Below are positions 51,253 to 61,601 of a stretch of DNA of 64,000 nt, piece by piece (the stretch's first letter is position 1; every line of letters begins with the position of its first letter). The stretch covers positions 352,001 through 416,000 of the forward strand of contig CAVRCI010000013.1 of assembly GCA_963719495.1 (NCBI GenBank), read 5' to 3'. A program made the position numbers and the translations under genes. The notes under the pieces were generated by a model that saw only the letters and a program-made list of their open reading frames with translations, was not told where the DNA came from and did not search any database. The stretch is from an uncultured Verrucomicrobiae bacterium. Lineage in GTDB: Bacteria > Verrucomicrobiota > Verrucomicrobiia > Chthoniobacterales > JAATET01.

Positions 51253-52620
51253 ATGAATGGGGATTTTCAGCAACTTTGGGGTGCCATCTCCATCGTTGTG
51301 GCGCAACGCGTCAGCGAAGATGGATTCACCCGATGGTTCAGTGACGTAGCGGTCACCGCGGACGATGGCGTCACGCTCTCCATCGCGGTCCCCAATCCGA
51401 TCCACAAATTCTTCATCGAGAGCAATTACCTGTCCCTACTTCAGGAAGCCGTGGCCGACGTCGTCGACGGCGACCGCCGGGTCGAGATCGTCGCCCGGCA
51501 GTCCGAGGATTCCGACGCCATGCCGCCCGTCGTCGAAGACGAAACCCCCGCGCCGACCCGCACCCAACGCCCGGTGCGCGCCACCGCCGGCATCATCTCG
51601 CACGGGATGAACCCGCGGAATACCTTCAATAACTTCGTCGTCGGCACGAACAACGACTTCGCCTACGCCGCCGCGCAAGCCGTCGCCCAAGCCCCCGCCA
51701 AGACCTACAACCCGCTCTTCATCTACGGCGGCAGCGGCCTCGGGAAGACCCACCTGCTCCAGGCCATCGGCCACCACGTCCTCGCCGCCCGCAAGAGCGC
51801 GAAGGTTTTTTACATCTCGAGCGAACAGTTCGCCAACGAGTTCATCGACGGTATCCAGCACGGGAGTCTCTTCAAATTCCGGAAGAAATACCGCCAGGCC
51901 GATGTCCTCATGATCGACGACATCCAGTTCCTCGGCGGCAAGGAACGTTCGCAGGAGGAGTTCTTCCACACCTTCAATTCCCTCCACGACGGTCACAAAC
52001 AAATCATCCTCTCGAGCGACCGACCCGCCAGCGAGATCGAAAAACTCGAGCACCGGCTCGTCACCCGCTTCGAATGGGGAATGACCGCCGAGCTGCAGCC
52101 GCCCGAGATGGAGACGCGCATCGCCATTCTCCAGAGCAAGGCCGCGACGCTCAACATCAAGCTCGAGAGCTGGGTCATCGAATTCCTCGCCGACCGCATC
52201 CGCAACAACGTCCGCCGCCTCGAAGGTGCGCTCATGCGGGTCGCGTCCTATTCGTCCCTCAGCGGCCGCCAGCTCGGCCGCGACGACATCGAGAATCTCC
52301 TCCGTGACATCTTCCAGGAGCAGGCCCGCCGCGCCGTCACGATCGACCAGATCCAGCGCAAAGTCGCCGAGACCTTCGACCTCCGCCTCGCGGACATGAC
52401 GTCCAAGCGCCGCCTCGCCAGCATCGCCTTCCCTCGCCAGATCGCCATGTATCTCGCCCGGGAAATGACGACCTCCACCCTCGCCGACATCGGCGATAGC
52501 TTCGGCGGCAAGGACCACGGCACCGTCATCCACGCGGTCAAACTCATCAAAAAGCGGATTGAATCCGACGAGCGCACCCGCCACCAGATTCGCTCCTTGG
52601 AGACCCAACTCTCACGGTAA
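51253..52620 (+). CDS. dnaA: Chromosomal replication initiator DnaA
   Basis: YNPLFIYGGSGLGKTHL, IDDIQF, QEEFFHTFN, RQIAMYL and DHGTV motifs. Alternative GTG start at 51238. Confidence 0.98.
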   Translation: MNGDFQQLWGAISIVVAQRVSEDGFTRWFSDVAVTADDGVTLSIAVPNPIHKFFIESNYLSLLQEAVADVVDGDRRVEIVARQSEDSDAMPPVVEDETPAPTRTQRPVRATAGIISHGMNPRNTFNNFVVGTNNDFAYAAAQAVAQAPAKTYNPLFIYGGSGLGKTHLLQAIGHHVLAARKSAKVFYISSEQFANEFIDGIQHGSLFKFRKKYRQADVLMIDDIQFLGGKERSQEEFFHTFNSLHDGHKQIILSSDRPASEIEKLEHRLVTRFEWGMTAELQPPEMETRIAILQSKAATLNIKLESWVIEFLADRIRNNVRRLEGALMRVASYSSLSGRQLGRDDIENLLRDIFQEQARRAVTIDQIQRKVAETFDLRLADMTSKRRLASIAFPRQIAMYLAREMTTSTLADIGDSFGGKDHGTVIHAVKLIKKRIESDERTRHQIRSLETQLSR

Positions 52621-52651
52621 AGCACCCACGGGCCGCCCCGCCCCAAGAATG

Positions 52652-52755
52652 GATGCCGAAGGCATTCGACCCACAGCAGCGCGGGGTTGAGCGAAGCGAC
52701 ACCCCGGGTGAGCAAATCGTGATCCCAAGAGACCCGATCCCGACGGGATCGCACC
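52652..52755 (-). repeat. Family B three-hairpin repeat, solo copy between dnaA and dnaN
   Basis: Reverse complement aligns with 5307-5420, with a central hairpin 10 bp shorter. Confidence 0.8.
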
Positions 52756-52870
52756 CCCCGGGGCACTCCATTCCAAACAAGCCCGGGAGCCACTTTGTTT
52801 TGACACGCCCGCACCCCCCCGATAAACCCCAACCGAACGCCGCGTCGCGCTGGCGGAAGCCAACCGATTC

Positions 52871-53980
52871 ATGAAGTTCAGCGTCACCAAAGAAAGTCTC
52901 CTCGAGGGTTTGTCCCGCACCCAGAACGTCGTCAGCACCCGCACGACGCTCCCCGTCCTCTCCAACGTTCTCCTCGAGACGACCGAGACCGGAATTCGTC
53001 TTAGCACGACCGACATGGAGGTTGCCCTCCGGTGCGAGATCGACGCCACCGTCGAGAAGCAGGGTGCCACCACACTCCCCGCCCGCCGCCTCCTCACGAT
53101 CATTCGCGAACTCCCCGCCGACGACATTCAGATCGAGACCGATTCAAAAAACATTTCGTCCATCCGCAGCGGCCAGAGTTTTTTTAAAATCTACGGCCTG
53201 GCCCGCGACGAATTCCCCGCCTTTCCCGAGTCGAAGCAGGCCAAGTCCGTCACCATCAAGCAGAGCGTCCTCAAGGACGGCCTCCGCAAGACCTCCTACG
53301 CGATCTCGATGGACGAGACCCGCTATGTCCTCAACGGCATCCTCTTCTCCTTCAAAGAGAGCATGCTCAAGCTCGTCGCCACCGATGGCCGCCGCCTCGC
53401 GATGTTCGAGGAAGCCATCGACGCCGAGATCGACGGCACCCTCGAAGCCGACTTCATCGTTCCGACCAAGGCGATCAACGAACTCCAGCGGCTCCTCGGC
53501 GGCGACGGCGACGTCACCCTCTCGGTCGGCGACAGCCTCGTCTCCTTCGAGCTCAACGGCTCCCTGCTCGTCTCCAAGCTCGTCGACGGCAACTACCCGA
53601 ACTACAAGCAGGTCATCCCAAACACCGAAGACGTCAAAGAGATCATCACCCTCGAGCGCGAACCCTTCGCAACCTGCGTCAAGCGCGTCTCGCTGCTCTC
53701 CAGCGACAAGACCAGCTCGATCCGCCTGAACTTCACCAAGAACAACATCGAGGTCACCTCGAACACCCCGGAAGTCGGCGAAGCCCGGGAATCCATCGCC
53801 GTCGCCTACAAGGGCCGCGACCTCTCGATCGCCTTCAATCCGGAATACCTCATGGATCCGCTCAAGGCTCTGCCAAACGACGAGATCAAGCTCCGCCTCA
53901 TCGACGAAATGAGCCCCGGCGTGATCGAGCTCAACGGCGGCTTCCTCTACGTCATCATGCCCATGCGCGTCAGCGCGTAA
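52871..53980 (+). CDS. dnaN: DNA polymerase III beta sliding clamp
   Basis: TLPVLSNVLL, RYVLNG, VATDGRRLA and YVIMPMR motifs. Confidence 0.98.
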   Translation: MKFSVTKESLLEGLSRTQNVVSTRTTLPVLSNVLLETTETGIRLSTTDMEVALRCEIDATVEKQGATTLPARRLLTIIRELPADDIQIETDSKNISSIRSGQSFFKIYGLARDEFPAFPESKQAKSVTIKQSVLKDGLRKTSYAISMDETRYVLNGILFSFKESMLKLVATDGRRLAMFEEAIDAEIDGTLEADFIVPTKAINELQRLLGGDGDVTLSVGDSLVSFELNGSLLVSKLVDGNYPNYKQVIPNTEDVKEIITLEREPFATCVKRVSLLSSDKTSSIRLNFTKNNIEVTSNTPEVGEARESIAVAYKGRDLSIAFNPEYLMDPLKALPNDEIKLRLIDEMSPGVIELNGGFLYVIMPMRVSA

Positions 53981-54046
53981 GGTTTCCGAAACGCAGGCGC
54001 AAGTTGGATGCAACCGCCACCGGCGGACATCCATCCCCCCGCAGAT

Positions 54047-54368
54047 TGTCACGTTGAGCGAAGCGAGACATCCTTGCTGACAAGGCCGCACGATCAACCT
54101 GACCGTGGCTGTAGCGGCGGTCTATGACCGCCGGTGGCCTGGCAAGAGGGGAAGATTGAATTGTCGCGGAAATCAGCGGCGGTCACAGACTCGCCGCTTC
54201 AATCGGCAGAAGTCCGCCGATCTTCGAGATTTGGGATGACTTTCCCTCCGGGACGCCCGTCTCCATCGAATAGACGACGACTCTTCGCTTCGCTGCCAAT
54301 GACACCCGTCTCCCTGGCGCGGAATCCAAACGTGAAGGCCACGGCTCGGCGGGAGCCTCGCCCTCCGG
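54047..54368. repeat. Cluster of three repeat families between dnaN and secA
   Basis: TGTCAC..GAGCGAAGCGA (54047); GTAG REP doublet gtagcggcggtctatgaccgccg / cggcggtcacagactcgccgct (54111-54198); ggctcggcgggagcctcgccctcc (54343-54366). Confidence 0.7.
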
Positions 54369-54442
54369 ATGCCCGACGCAGTCCGCCGTCGCCGTCCGAA
54401 GGCCCTCCGCGCCCCCGCCCCTCGTCCTGAATACGTCCAACT

Positions 54443-57442
54443 CTACCCGGTCCGTCCGCAGCAATTCTTGAACTTCTTCCCGCTCCCGCACGGGCACGGA
54501 TCATTACGACCCACGCGAGGCTGCTCACGCTTGGGCGGCGCGAGATCAAGCTTCGGACGCTCCGCCTCCTGCGCTTCGTCCTCGTCCTGATTCGCTTGCT
54601 CGGCCGCGGAACCCCCCAAGGTCAGATCGCCGGACAGCATCCCGTGACGCAGGCTCTGCGGCAGCGTCGACAGCAGCTTCTCGAAGGCCTGCAGGTTCGT
54701 CGTGCTGCGGAAGAGGTTGTTGAGAACCTCGCCGCGGATGTTGTCCATGAGGTCGACAAACATCGCGTAGCCGTCGTTCTTGTATTCGACGAGAGGATCC
54801 TTCTGGCCGAAGGCGCGCAACGACACGGCCTCGCGCAAACCGTCCATCGCGTAGAGGTGCTCCTGCCACAAACGGTCGATCGCGTTGAGGATGATGTAAC
54901 GCTCCAAGCCCTTGAGGGCCGCTGGCTCTTCGATGGCGGCTTTCTGCTCGTAGGCGTTTTTGATGGTCTCGATCAGATACTTCGAATTCTCGTCTAGGCT
55001 TCGACCGTCCAGGCTCGCCTTGTCGGCGGAGAGACCCAGCGGGAATGTCGTGTTCAGCCAGTTGAGCAATCCGGCGTAGTCCGCCTCGGTCTCGGCCTCG
55101 CGCACCTCCAAGTGCTCGGCGACCTTCTTCGGCACCACCTCGTCGACGACCTCGTAGATCATCGAGCGCGGATCCTCGGTGTCCATCACCTCGTTGCGGT
55201 AACCGTAAACGACTTCGCGCTGCTGATTCATCACGTCGTCGAACTCGAGGGTCCGACGGCGAACCATGTAGTTCCGCTGCTCGACCCGCTTCTGGGCCGT
55301 CTCGACGCTCTTGTTGAGCCACGGGTGCTCGAGCTCCTCGCCTTCCTTCATTCCGAAGGTCTCCATGATCTTCGTCATGCGATCACTCGCGCCAAAGTTG
55401 CGCATCAGATCGTCCTCGAAGCTGACGTAAAACTTGGACAACCCCGGGTCGCCCTGGCGCGCGCAACGTCCGCGCAGCTGCCGATCGATCCGCCGCGACT
55501 CGTGCCGCTCGGTGCCGATCACGTAGAGCCCGCCCGAGCCGATGACGCCGTCGCCGAGTTTGATGTCGGTGCCGCGGCCGGCCATGTTCGTCGAGATCGT
55601 GACCGATCCCGGGAGGCCGGCACGCTGGACGATCTCGGCTTCCTGAAGGTGGAACTTCGCGTTGAGAACCGTGTGCGGAATCTTCTCACGCTTGAGCATT
55701 CGGCTCATCAGCTCGGAGGATTCGACGCTGGCCGTGCCGACGAGCACGGGCTGCGCGCGGGCGTGGGCGACTTTGATCTCTTCGATGACGGCGTTGTATT
55801 TCTCGCGCCGCGTTTTGAAGATGATGTCGTTGCTGTCCTTGCGGGCCACCGGGCGGTTCGTCGGAATGACGTTCACGTCGAGGCCGTAGATGTCGCTGAA
55901 CTCGTTGGCCTCGGTCTCGGCGGTTCCGGTCATGCCTGCGAGTTTGTCGTAGAGCCGGAAGTAATTCTGGATCGTGATCGTCGCCAGCGTCTGGGTCTCG
56001 CGATCGATCTGGACGCCTTCCTTGGCCTCGACGGCTTGGTGGAGTCCGTCGCTCCAGCGGCGGCCGGACATTTTACGGCCCGTGAAGGTGTCGACGATGA
56101 TGACTTTGTTCTCCTCGACGACGTATTCGACGTCTTTCTCGTAGAGGCAGTAGGCCTTGAGCAGCTGCGTGATATTGTGGATCCGCTCGCTCTGCGCGTC
56201 GCAGAAGGCCTGACGCTTCGCCTTCTCCTCGGCCTTCTGCGCGTCGGTGTAGGCAGCGTTTGTCTCGATGTCGGCAAACTCGGTCAGCAGATCCGGCAGC
56301 ACGAAGGCGTCCGGATCGTCGGGATTGAGGAACGAGCGGCCCTGCTCGGTGAGATCCGCGTCGTGCTGACGCTCGTCGACCGTGAAGAAGAGTTCCTCCT
56401 TCAGCTCGATCAGCTGCTCCTTGGTCGAGTTGTCCTGGAAAAAATACAACTCCGCCTTGTCCATCATTCGGCGGACATCCGGGTCCTCCATCGCGCGATT
56501 GAGCGGCTTGTTGCGCGGTTGGCCGAATTTGACCTTGAGCAGCTGCCGCGCACCGGCCTCCTTGTCCTCCTTCGTCCCCTTCGCGATCAATTCGCGACCC
56601 TCCGTGACCAGACGGCTGCAGAGCTGGGCCTGCCGTTTGACCAACTGATCGACCAACGGCTTGAACCGGTCGTATTGGTGCGTCGAAACGGTCGCGGGTC
56701 CGCTGATGATGAGCGGCGTGCGAGCCTCGTCGATCAGGATGGAGTCGACCTCATCGACGATGGCGTAGTAGTGGCGCCGCTGCACCTGCTGCTCGCGCGA
56801 GGAGGCCATGCCGTTGTCGCGCAGGTAGTCGAAGCCGAACTGCGCGTTCGTTCCGTAGGTGATGTCGGCGTTGTATTGCTCGCGGCGCTTCGTCGGGTCC
56901 TGGTCCTCCTGGATGCAACCGACGGTGAGGCCGAGGAAGGTGTAGAGCTGCGCCATCCACTCGGAGTCGCGGAGGGCGAGGTAGTCATTGACCGTGACAA
57001 CGTGAACGCCGCGTCCGGAGAGAGCGTTCAAATAGACGGGCGCGGTCGCGACCAACGTCTTGCCTTCGCCCGTCGCCATCTCGGCGATCCGACCGCGATG
57101 GAGCACCATCCCGCCGACGAGCTGCACGTCGAATTGCACCATGTTCCACGTGATCGGCTGACCGCAGGCGACAAACTGCCGACCGCACAAACGGCGCGCG
57201 CCATTTTTCACCACCGCGAAGGCCTCGGGCAGAATCTCGTCGAGGCGCCGCTGGAGTTCGTCGTTGTCCTCGATCCGGGAGAGTTCCGCTTTCCAATTCG
57301 CCGTCTTCTGGCGCAGGCCGTCGTCGGAGAGGGACTGATATTCGACTTCGAGTTCGTTGATTCGCTCGACGAGCGGGCGCATCGACTTGAGCTCCCGGGT
57401 GTTCTTAGAGCCGACGATCGCTTTGATGATCCAATTTAACAT
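54443..57442 (-). CDS. secA: Preprotein translocase ATPase SecA
   Basis: MATGEGKT, VDEVDSILIDEARTPLIISG, TNMAGRGTDI and C-terminal GRNDPCPCGSGKKFKNCCG. Confidence 0.99.
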   Translation of the reverse strand: MLNWIIKAIVGSKNTRELKSMRPLVERINELEVEYQSLSDDGLRQKTANWKAELSRIEDNDELQRRLDEILPEAFAVVKNGARRLCGRQFVACGQPITWNMVQFDVQLVGGMVLHRGRIAEMATGEGKTLVATAPVYLNALSGRGVHVVTVNDYLALRDSEWMAQLYTFLGLTVGCIQEDQDPTKRREQYNADITYGTNAQFGFDYLRDNGMASSREQQVQRRHYYAIVDEVDSILIDEARTPLIISGPATVSTHQYDRFKPLVDQLVKRQAQLCSRLVTEGRELIAKGTKEDKEAGARQLLKVKFGQPRNKPLNRAMEDPDVRRMMDKAELYFFQDNSTKEQLIELKEELFFTVDERQHDADLTEQGRSFLNPDDPDAFVLPDLLTEFADIETNAAYTDAQKAEEKAKRQAFCDAQSERIHNITQLLKAYCLYEKDVEYVVEENKVIIVDTFTGRKMSGRRWSDGLHQAVEAKEGVQIDRETQTLATITIQNYFRLYDKLAGMTGTAETEANEFSDIYGLDVNVIPTNRPVARKDSNDIIFKTRREKYNAVIEEIKVAHARAQPVLVGTASVESSELMSRMLKREKIPHTVLNAKFHLQEAEIVQRAGLPGSVTISTNMAGRGTDIKLGDGVIGSGGLYVIGTERHESRRIDRQLRGRCARQGDPGLSKFYVSFEDDLMRNFGASDRMTKIMETFGMKEGEELEHPWLNKSVETAQKRVEQRNYMVRRRTLEFDDVMNQQREVVYGYRNEVMDTEDPRSMIYEVVDEVVPKKVAEHLEVREAETEADYAGLLNWLNTTFPLGLSADKASLDGRSLDENSKYLIETIKNAYEQKAAIEEPAALKGLERYIILNAIDRLWQEHLYAMDGLREAVSLRAFGQKDPLVEYKNDGYAMFVDLMDNIRGEVLNNLFRSTTNLQAFEKLLSTLPQSLRHGMLSGDLTLGGSAAEQANQDEDEAQEAERPKLDLAPPKREQPRVGRNDPCPCGSGKKFKNCCGRTG

Positions 57443-57563
57443 GCCAATGGGTGCCCGGCCTCATGCCCGGGAGAGGAAGAATCAAAGACGGAATCCCCCG
57501 ATTGTAAATGGCAAAACCCCCCGCCGCCACGGGCTCACCCTCCGCCACGCGGGCCGCCCGCCA

Positions 57564-58139
57564 TCAGTGGGAACCACGCTGGATCATCGGACGCGAAACC
57601 CCCGTCAGCACCGCCTCGGCATCGACTTCCACCTCGCGCTCGCTCCCGAGGATCTCCAGTAGGATGCTGACCCGCTGCCGCGCCGGCATGATCCGCGTCA
57701 CCACCGTCTGAATCCCGGCGTAGGGCCCGGACACGATCTTCACCTCGTCTCCCGGCTGGACCGAATCGGGGATCATGATGATCTCCTCGCTTGTCGGCAT
57801 GCTGTCCCGCACGGCTTGGATCACCTCCTTTGGCACAACCGCGGGGTAGCCGCCGAACCCGAGGATCTTCGTCACCCCGCGCGTCGACTGCACGTGCCGC
57901 ATCTGCTCGACGTAATCGAATTTTGCAAAGACGTATCCTGGGAACAGCGCCTCCGTTACCCACATCGTCCCCTTCCCGCGCGCCCGCTTGAACCGCACGA
58001 ACGGACTGAAAACTTCCACCCCCACATCGCTGCGCAGCGTTTGCGCGGAGATTTTTTCCTGCTTCGGCCGCGTGCGGACGCAGAACCAAGCGGGCTCTTC
58101 CGGCAACGGCGGCGGTGAGGTCGGGGCGAAAGCGGACAT
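57564..58139 (-). CDS. NusG-paralog (RfaH-like) transcription antiterminator
   Basis: WFCVRTRPKQE, ALFPGYVF, STRGV and KOW motif GDEVKIVSGPYAG. Confidence 0.88.
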   Translation of the reverse strand: MSAFAPTSPPPLPEEPAWFCVRTRPKQEKISAQTLRSDVGVEVFSPFVRFKRARGKGTMWVTEALFPGYVFAKFDYVEQMRHVQSTRGVTKILGFGGYPAVVPKEVIQAVRDSMPTSEEIIMIPDSVQPGDEVKIVSGPYAGIQTVVTRIMPARQRVSILLEILGSEREVEVDAEAVLTGVSRPMIQRGSH

Positions 58140-58196
58140 CAGCCGATCACCCTGCCGAACTCCCACCATCCGGTCGAACGAAAATCCCTCGCCCCC

Positions 58197-58583
58197 TCAC
58201 CAAATCCGTCGCAACCCGTAGCGATCGAACATCGGATCCCGACTGATCACGCGCAGCCCGCGCTCGAGCGCCTGCACCGCCATCATTCGGTCGAACGGAT
58301 CGCCGTGGATTCGCTCGAGATCCCGCACGGCGAGGGCGTCGGTCTGAGCAATTCCAAGAGTCTCGAACCCATTCTGATCCAGCAAATCAGGCAGCTCGGT
58401 CCTCAGATCGTAGGGCAGCTTCAGCTTCCCAAGACTAACCTTGATCGCCGCCTCCCAGATGCTGGCCACGCTCACAACGCATTCCTCCGACCGCTCCACC
58501 ATCAAGCGCTTCGCCTCCTTTCCGAAACGCGGGTCCCCTTCGAGAAATCCAATCCACGCGTTAGTATCGACGAGGTAAGTCAC
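58197..58583 (-). CDS. vapC: PIN-domain toxin (VapC family)
   Basis: LVDTN, SIWEAAIK..LGKL, HGDPFDRM and ISRD motifs. Confidence 0.92.
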   Translation of the reverse strand: MTYLVDTNAWIGFLEGDPRFGKEAKRLMVERSEECVVSVASIWEAAIKVSLGKLKLPYDLRTELPDLLDQNGFETLGIAQTDALAVRDLERIHGDPFDRMMAVQALERGLRVISRDPMFDRYGLRRIW

Positions 58584-58813
58584 ATGTAATCTTTGAAATC
58601 TTCGAGCGGCGCGTCGAAATCCTCAGCCATGTAAAACCCAGGACCCTTGGCGCATCCAAACTTGGCCCGCTTCCGTTCGACAACGACCGGCGACAGCTTC
58701 GCGACCTTCCTCCCGTGCTTCGTAATGTAAACCGTCTCCCCCGCCGCAACCTCGTCCAACAGCCTGGAAAGATGCGTCTTCGCGGCAAACGCCCCGACTT
58801 CGCGCTCAGGCAT
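58580..58813 (-). CDS. Phd/YefM family antitoxin
   Basis: AKTHLSRLLDEV..GE.V.ITKHGRKVAKL; stop overlaps the toxin start. Alternative start at 58843. Confidence 0.9.
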   Translation of the reverse strand: MPEREVGAFAAKTHLSRLLDEVAAGETVYITKHGRKVAKLSPVVVERKRAKFGCAKGPGFYMAEDFDAPLEDFKDYM

Positions 58814-58964
58814 CTCGTTGATCACGTCGCTCGATCCGTTCATACGATTAAACTAGTCTAACCAGAACCGAATCCGCAACCGACTTTCCCATATCTCGAA
58901 AACGTAACACTTGACGACTCGGCAGACTGGTATTCGTCAACTAATCGCAAACCCATCACGCATC

Positions 58965-59738
58965 ATGGCTGAATATCGAACCGGTTGGATCTCCGACGTG
59001 CACCTCGGCACCCGAGGCTGCCAGGCCGAAGCGCTCCTCGAATTCCTGCGCGACAACGAATTCGAGACCCTCTACCTCGTCGGCGACCTCATCGACATCT
59101 GGGCGCTCCGCCGCGCCCGCTATTGGCCGCAGGAGCACAGCGACGTCATCCAAAAGCTTCTCCGCAAAGGCCGCAAGGGCGCCGAAGTCATCTACATCAT
59201 CGGCAACCACGACGAATTCCTCGGCGGCTTCCTCGGGAATTTTGCCAGCGTCGATCTCCGCAAGAACGCGATCCACACCACCGCCGACGGCCGCCGCATC
59301 CTCGTCATCCACGGGCACGAACTCGACACCGTCGTCCAGAACATGGGCTGGCTCGCGCACGTCGGCGACGTCGGCTACCACGCCCTCATGCGGATCAACG
59401 TCGTCGTGAATTTCGTCCGTCGCCGCTTCGGCCTCGGCTACTGGTCGCTCAGCAAATACGTCAAAGCCGAAGTCAAAAATGTCGTGAGTTTCATCGGCGA
59501 CTACGAGGACTCCGTCGTCCGCTACGCCGCCGACTACGAAGTCGACGCCGTCCTCTGCGGCCACATCCACACCGCCGCCATCAACGAAGACCAGCCCGTC
59601 CCCTACTACAACACCGGCGACTGGGTCGAAAACTGCACCGCCATCGTCGAGCACCACGACGGCCGAATGGAACTCCTCCACCACGACACCGGAGCAGCTG
59701 CAACAACAGCGGCAACCCCCGAACCAGCCACCGCGTAA
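58965..59738 (+). CDS. LpxH-like metallophosphoesterase (UDP-2,3-diacylglucosamine hydrolase family)
   Basis: SDVHLG, GDLID, GNHD, HG, GHIH and NTGDW motifs. Confidence 0.88.
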   Translation: MAEYRTGWISDVHLGTRGCQAEALLEFLRDNEFETLYLVGDLIDIWALRRARYWPQEHSDVIQKLLRKGRKGAEVIYIIGNHDEFLGGFLGNFASVDLRKNAIHTTADGRRILVIHGHELDTVVQNMGWLAHVGDVGYHALMRINVVVNFVRRRFGLGYWSLSKYVKAEVKNVVSFIGDYEDSVVRYAADYEVDAVLCGHIHTAAINEDQPVPYYNTGDWVENCTAIVEHHDGRMELLHHDTGAAATTAATPEPATA

Positions 59739-59749
59739 TTCAGGACAAG

Positions 59750-59900
59750 TCAAGGAGCGGCGGCTCCCAGCCGCCGGAGCTGGGGAGCGCACGCGTCCCC
59801 GCGTGCGAGCAGCGGCGTCCCGCCGCTGCACTCCGGCAATTCGAGCGAAGCGAGAGAGCCGAACTCAAGGAGCGGCCATTTGCAATCGCCGACCCAACCC
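59750..59900. repeat. Cluster of GGAG-type REP palindromes
   Basis: tcaaggagcggcggctcccagccgccg; gggagcgcacgcgtccccgcgtgcg...gcagcggcgtcccgccgctgc; tcaaggagcggccatttgcaatcgccg. Confidence 0.75.
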
Positions 59901-59937
59901 AATCCGGCGCAGCCGGAAGCTCCCCCCCGCCCGCACC

Positions 59938-60471
59938 TCACCGAGTCTTCACCCGCCCATCCGCGTAAAGCCGGTTCATGTGCTCCCCCGGAGCCCGCTC
60001 GAAATCCAGCGCCAGACTGATCCGCGAAGGCGGCGGGACGAATTGCCCGTGGTGCGTGTAGATCTTCACGCCACCATCGATCTCATCGTCGACGATCGGC
60101 TTCCAATCGTAGCTCGACCCCTCTTTCGCGAACCAATTATGATCCGCCACGTCCGACGGACACCGCAGCGCCGCCGCCGTCAGGCCGTAGGGTTCCAGCG
60201 TCTCCAACAATGGCTTCACGTCCGGATCGTCCGGATAGATCGGGCCGCTGTTCGGCCGCGATTCGATGGTCGGATACCGGTTGTCGTTATCGACCACGTA
60301 ATTCTTCACCGCGATCCCGAGCGATCGCAGGTTCGCCACGCAAGCCGTCGTCCGTGCCTTCGCCAACGATTTCCCGATCACGGGAGTCAGCAGCGTCGCC
60401 AGCATCGCGATGATCGAGATCGTCACCAGAAGTTCGATGAGCGTGAATCCCCGCCGGGTCGGGACTTGCAT
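59938..60471 (-). CDS. Prepilin-type N-terminal cleavage/methylation domain protein
   Basis: RRGFTLIELLVTISII, CVANLRSLG, CPSD and C-terminal N.LYADG motifs. Confidence 0.9.
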   Translation of the reverse strand: MQVPTRRGFTLIELLVTISIIAMLATLLTPVIGKSLAKARTTACVANLRSLGIAVKNYVVDNDNRYPTIESRPNSGPIYPDDPDVKPLLETLEPYGLTAAALRCPSDVADHNWFAKEGSSYDWKPIVDDEIDGGVKIYTHHGQFVPPPSRISLALDFERAPGEHMNRLYADGRVKTR

Positions 60472-61544
60472 CAGCTTTCGGGAGAATTTTTAGCCGCCGC
60501 CTTGCGATCCACGTAGCGCCGGTAGCGATCCGCTCGTTTCTCCGGCCCCTGCTTTTCATCGCGGCGCGCCCGCCGTTCCTCCATCCGATCCTGCACCTTC
60601 GGGTCGCTGAAATACGCCTCCATCGCCGCGCGCCGCTCCTCCTGAGGCAAATCCCGAACCCGCCGGAAGAGATCCCGCGCCGACTCGTAAGCCTCCTTCG
60701 CCTCCGCCTGCTCCGCCGTCGGCAGCATCGCGATTTGCGCCCGCGCCCGCTCCTCGGCCCACTTCGGATTCACCTCCCGGCGCTCGCGACGCTCGGGACG
60801 ATCACCCCCCTGCCGCGACGCCTGCTGGCCACCATTCCCTTCGCCCCCGCGATTCTGATTGTCCGAGCCCGCCTGCTGACCGTCGCCACCGCCCCGGCCC
60901 CAATCCCGCCGCGACTCCGCCAGCACGAAAACTTCCTCGACCCGGCCGCCGCTCGACTTCACGAGCTTCACGATCGCGCCGCCCGCCTCGCCGCTCGCCG
61001 GCGTCCGTGCGACCGCCGGATTCCAGGCCACCGGCACGACCGTCGTCACACCCGTCTTCTGAGCCGCCTGGTCCAGGTAGCTCGCCATCACGGCCTCATC
61101 CGAAGCCGAGACCGACCACGCGATTTCCCGCGGGTCCGGCACCATCTCGGAATCCACCCCCATGCCCCACGTCGGGTAATTGAAGACGGTGAACTCCTCA
61201 TTCCGGCCGCCCGCCATCAAAGCGTCCACGCCACCCCGCACCTCCTCCTTCGTGCTCCCCGCCACGTAGGCCACCGACCACCGAGCGTCGATCCGAGCCG
61301 CGAGATAGTCGATCGCCTCCGCCGCCGGCACCTCGTGGACCGCCATGGTCACCGACGTCTCCGGATCGACGTTCGACGAAATCGTCACCCCACCCTGCCG
61401 CTCGATCGACCGGATCACCTTCGCCAGCGTCGCGCCGTCGACGTCCACCGTGACGAGTCCCCAACCCGCGATCCACTTCCAGACCAGCACCGCCGCGACC
61501 GCCACCGCGACCCCCAACAAGATTTTCAATCGACTCGAATTCAT
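60471..61544 (-). CDS. Hypothetical membrane-anchored protein (possible STN-like N-domain, charged helical tail)
   Basis: N-terminal TM segment; VTVDVDGATLAKVIRSIERQGGV; adjacent to the prepilin gene. Confidence 0.7.
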   Translation of the reverse strand: MNSSRLKILLGVAVAVAAVLVWKWIAGWGLVTVDVDGATLAKVIRSIERQGGVTISSNVDPETSVTMAVHEVPAAEAIDYLAARIDARWSVAYVAGSTKEEVRGGVDALMAGGRNEEFTVFNYPTWGMGVDSEMVPDPREIAWSVSASDEAVMASYLDQAAQKTGVTTVVPVAWNPAVARTPASGEAGGAIVKLVKSSGGRVEEVFVLAESRRDWGRGGGDGQQAGSDNQNRGGEGNGGQQASRQGGDRPERRERREVNPKWAEERARAQIAMLPTAEQAEAKEAYESARDLFRRVRDLPQEERRAAMEAYFSDPKVQDRMEERRARRDEKQGPEKRADRYRRYVDRKAAAKNSPES

Positions 61545-61601
61545 AACCGCTTCAACCGGGACTCATCGCAGAAGTTGCACCAATTCGCGCAAAAATCTTC
61601 A

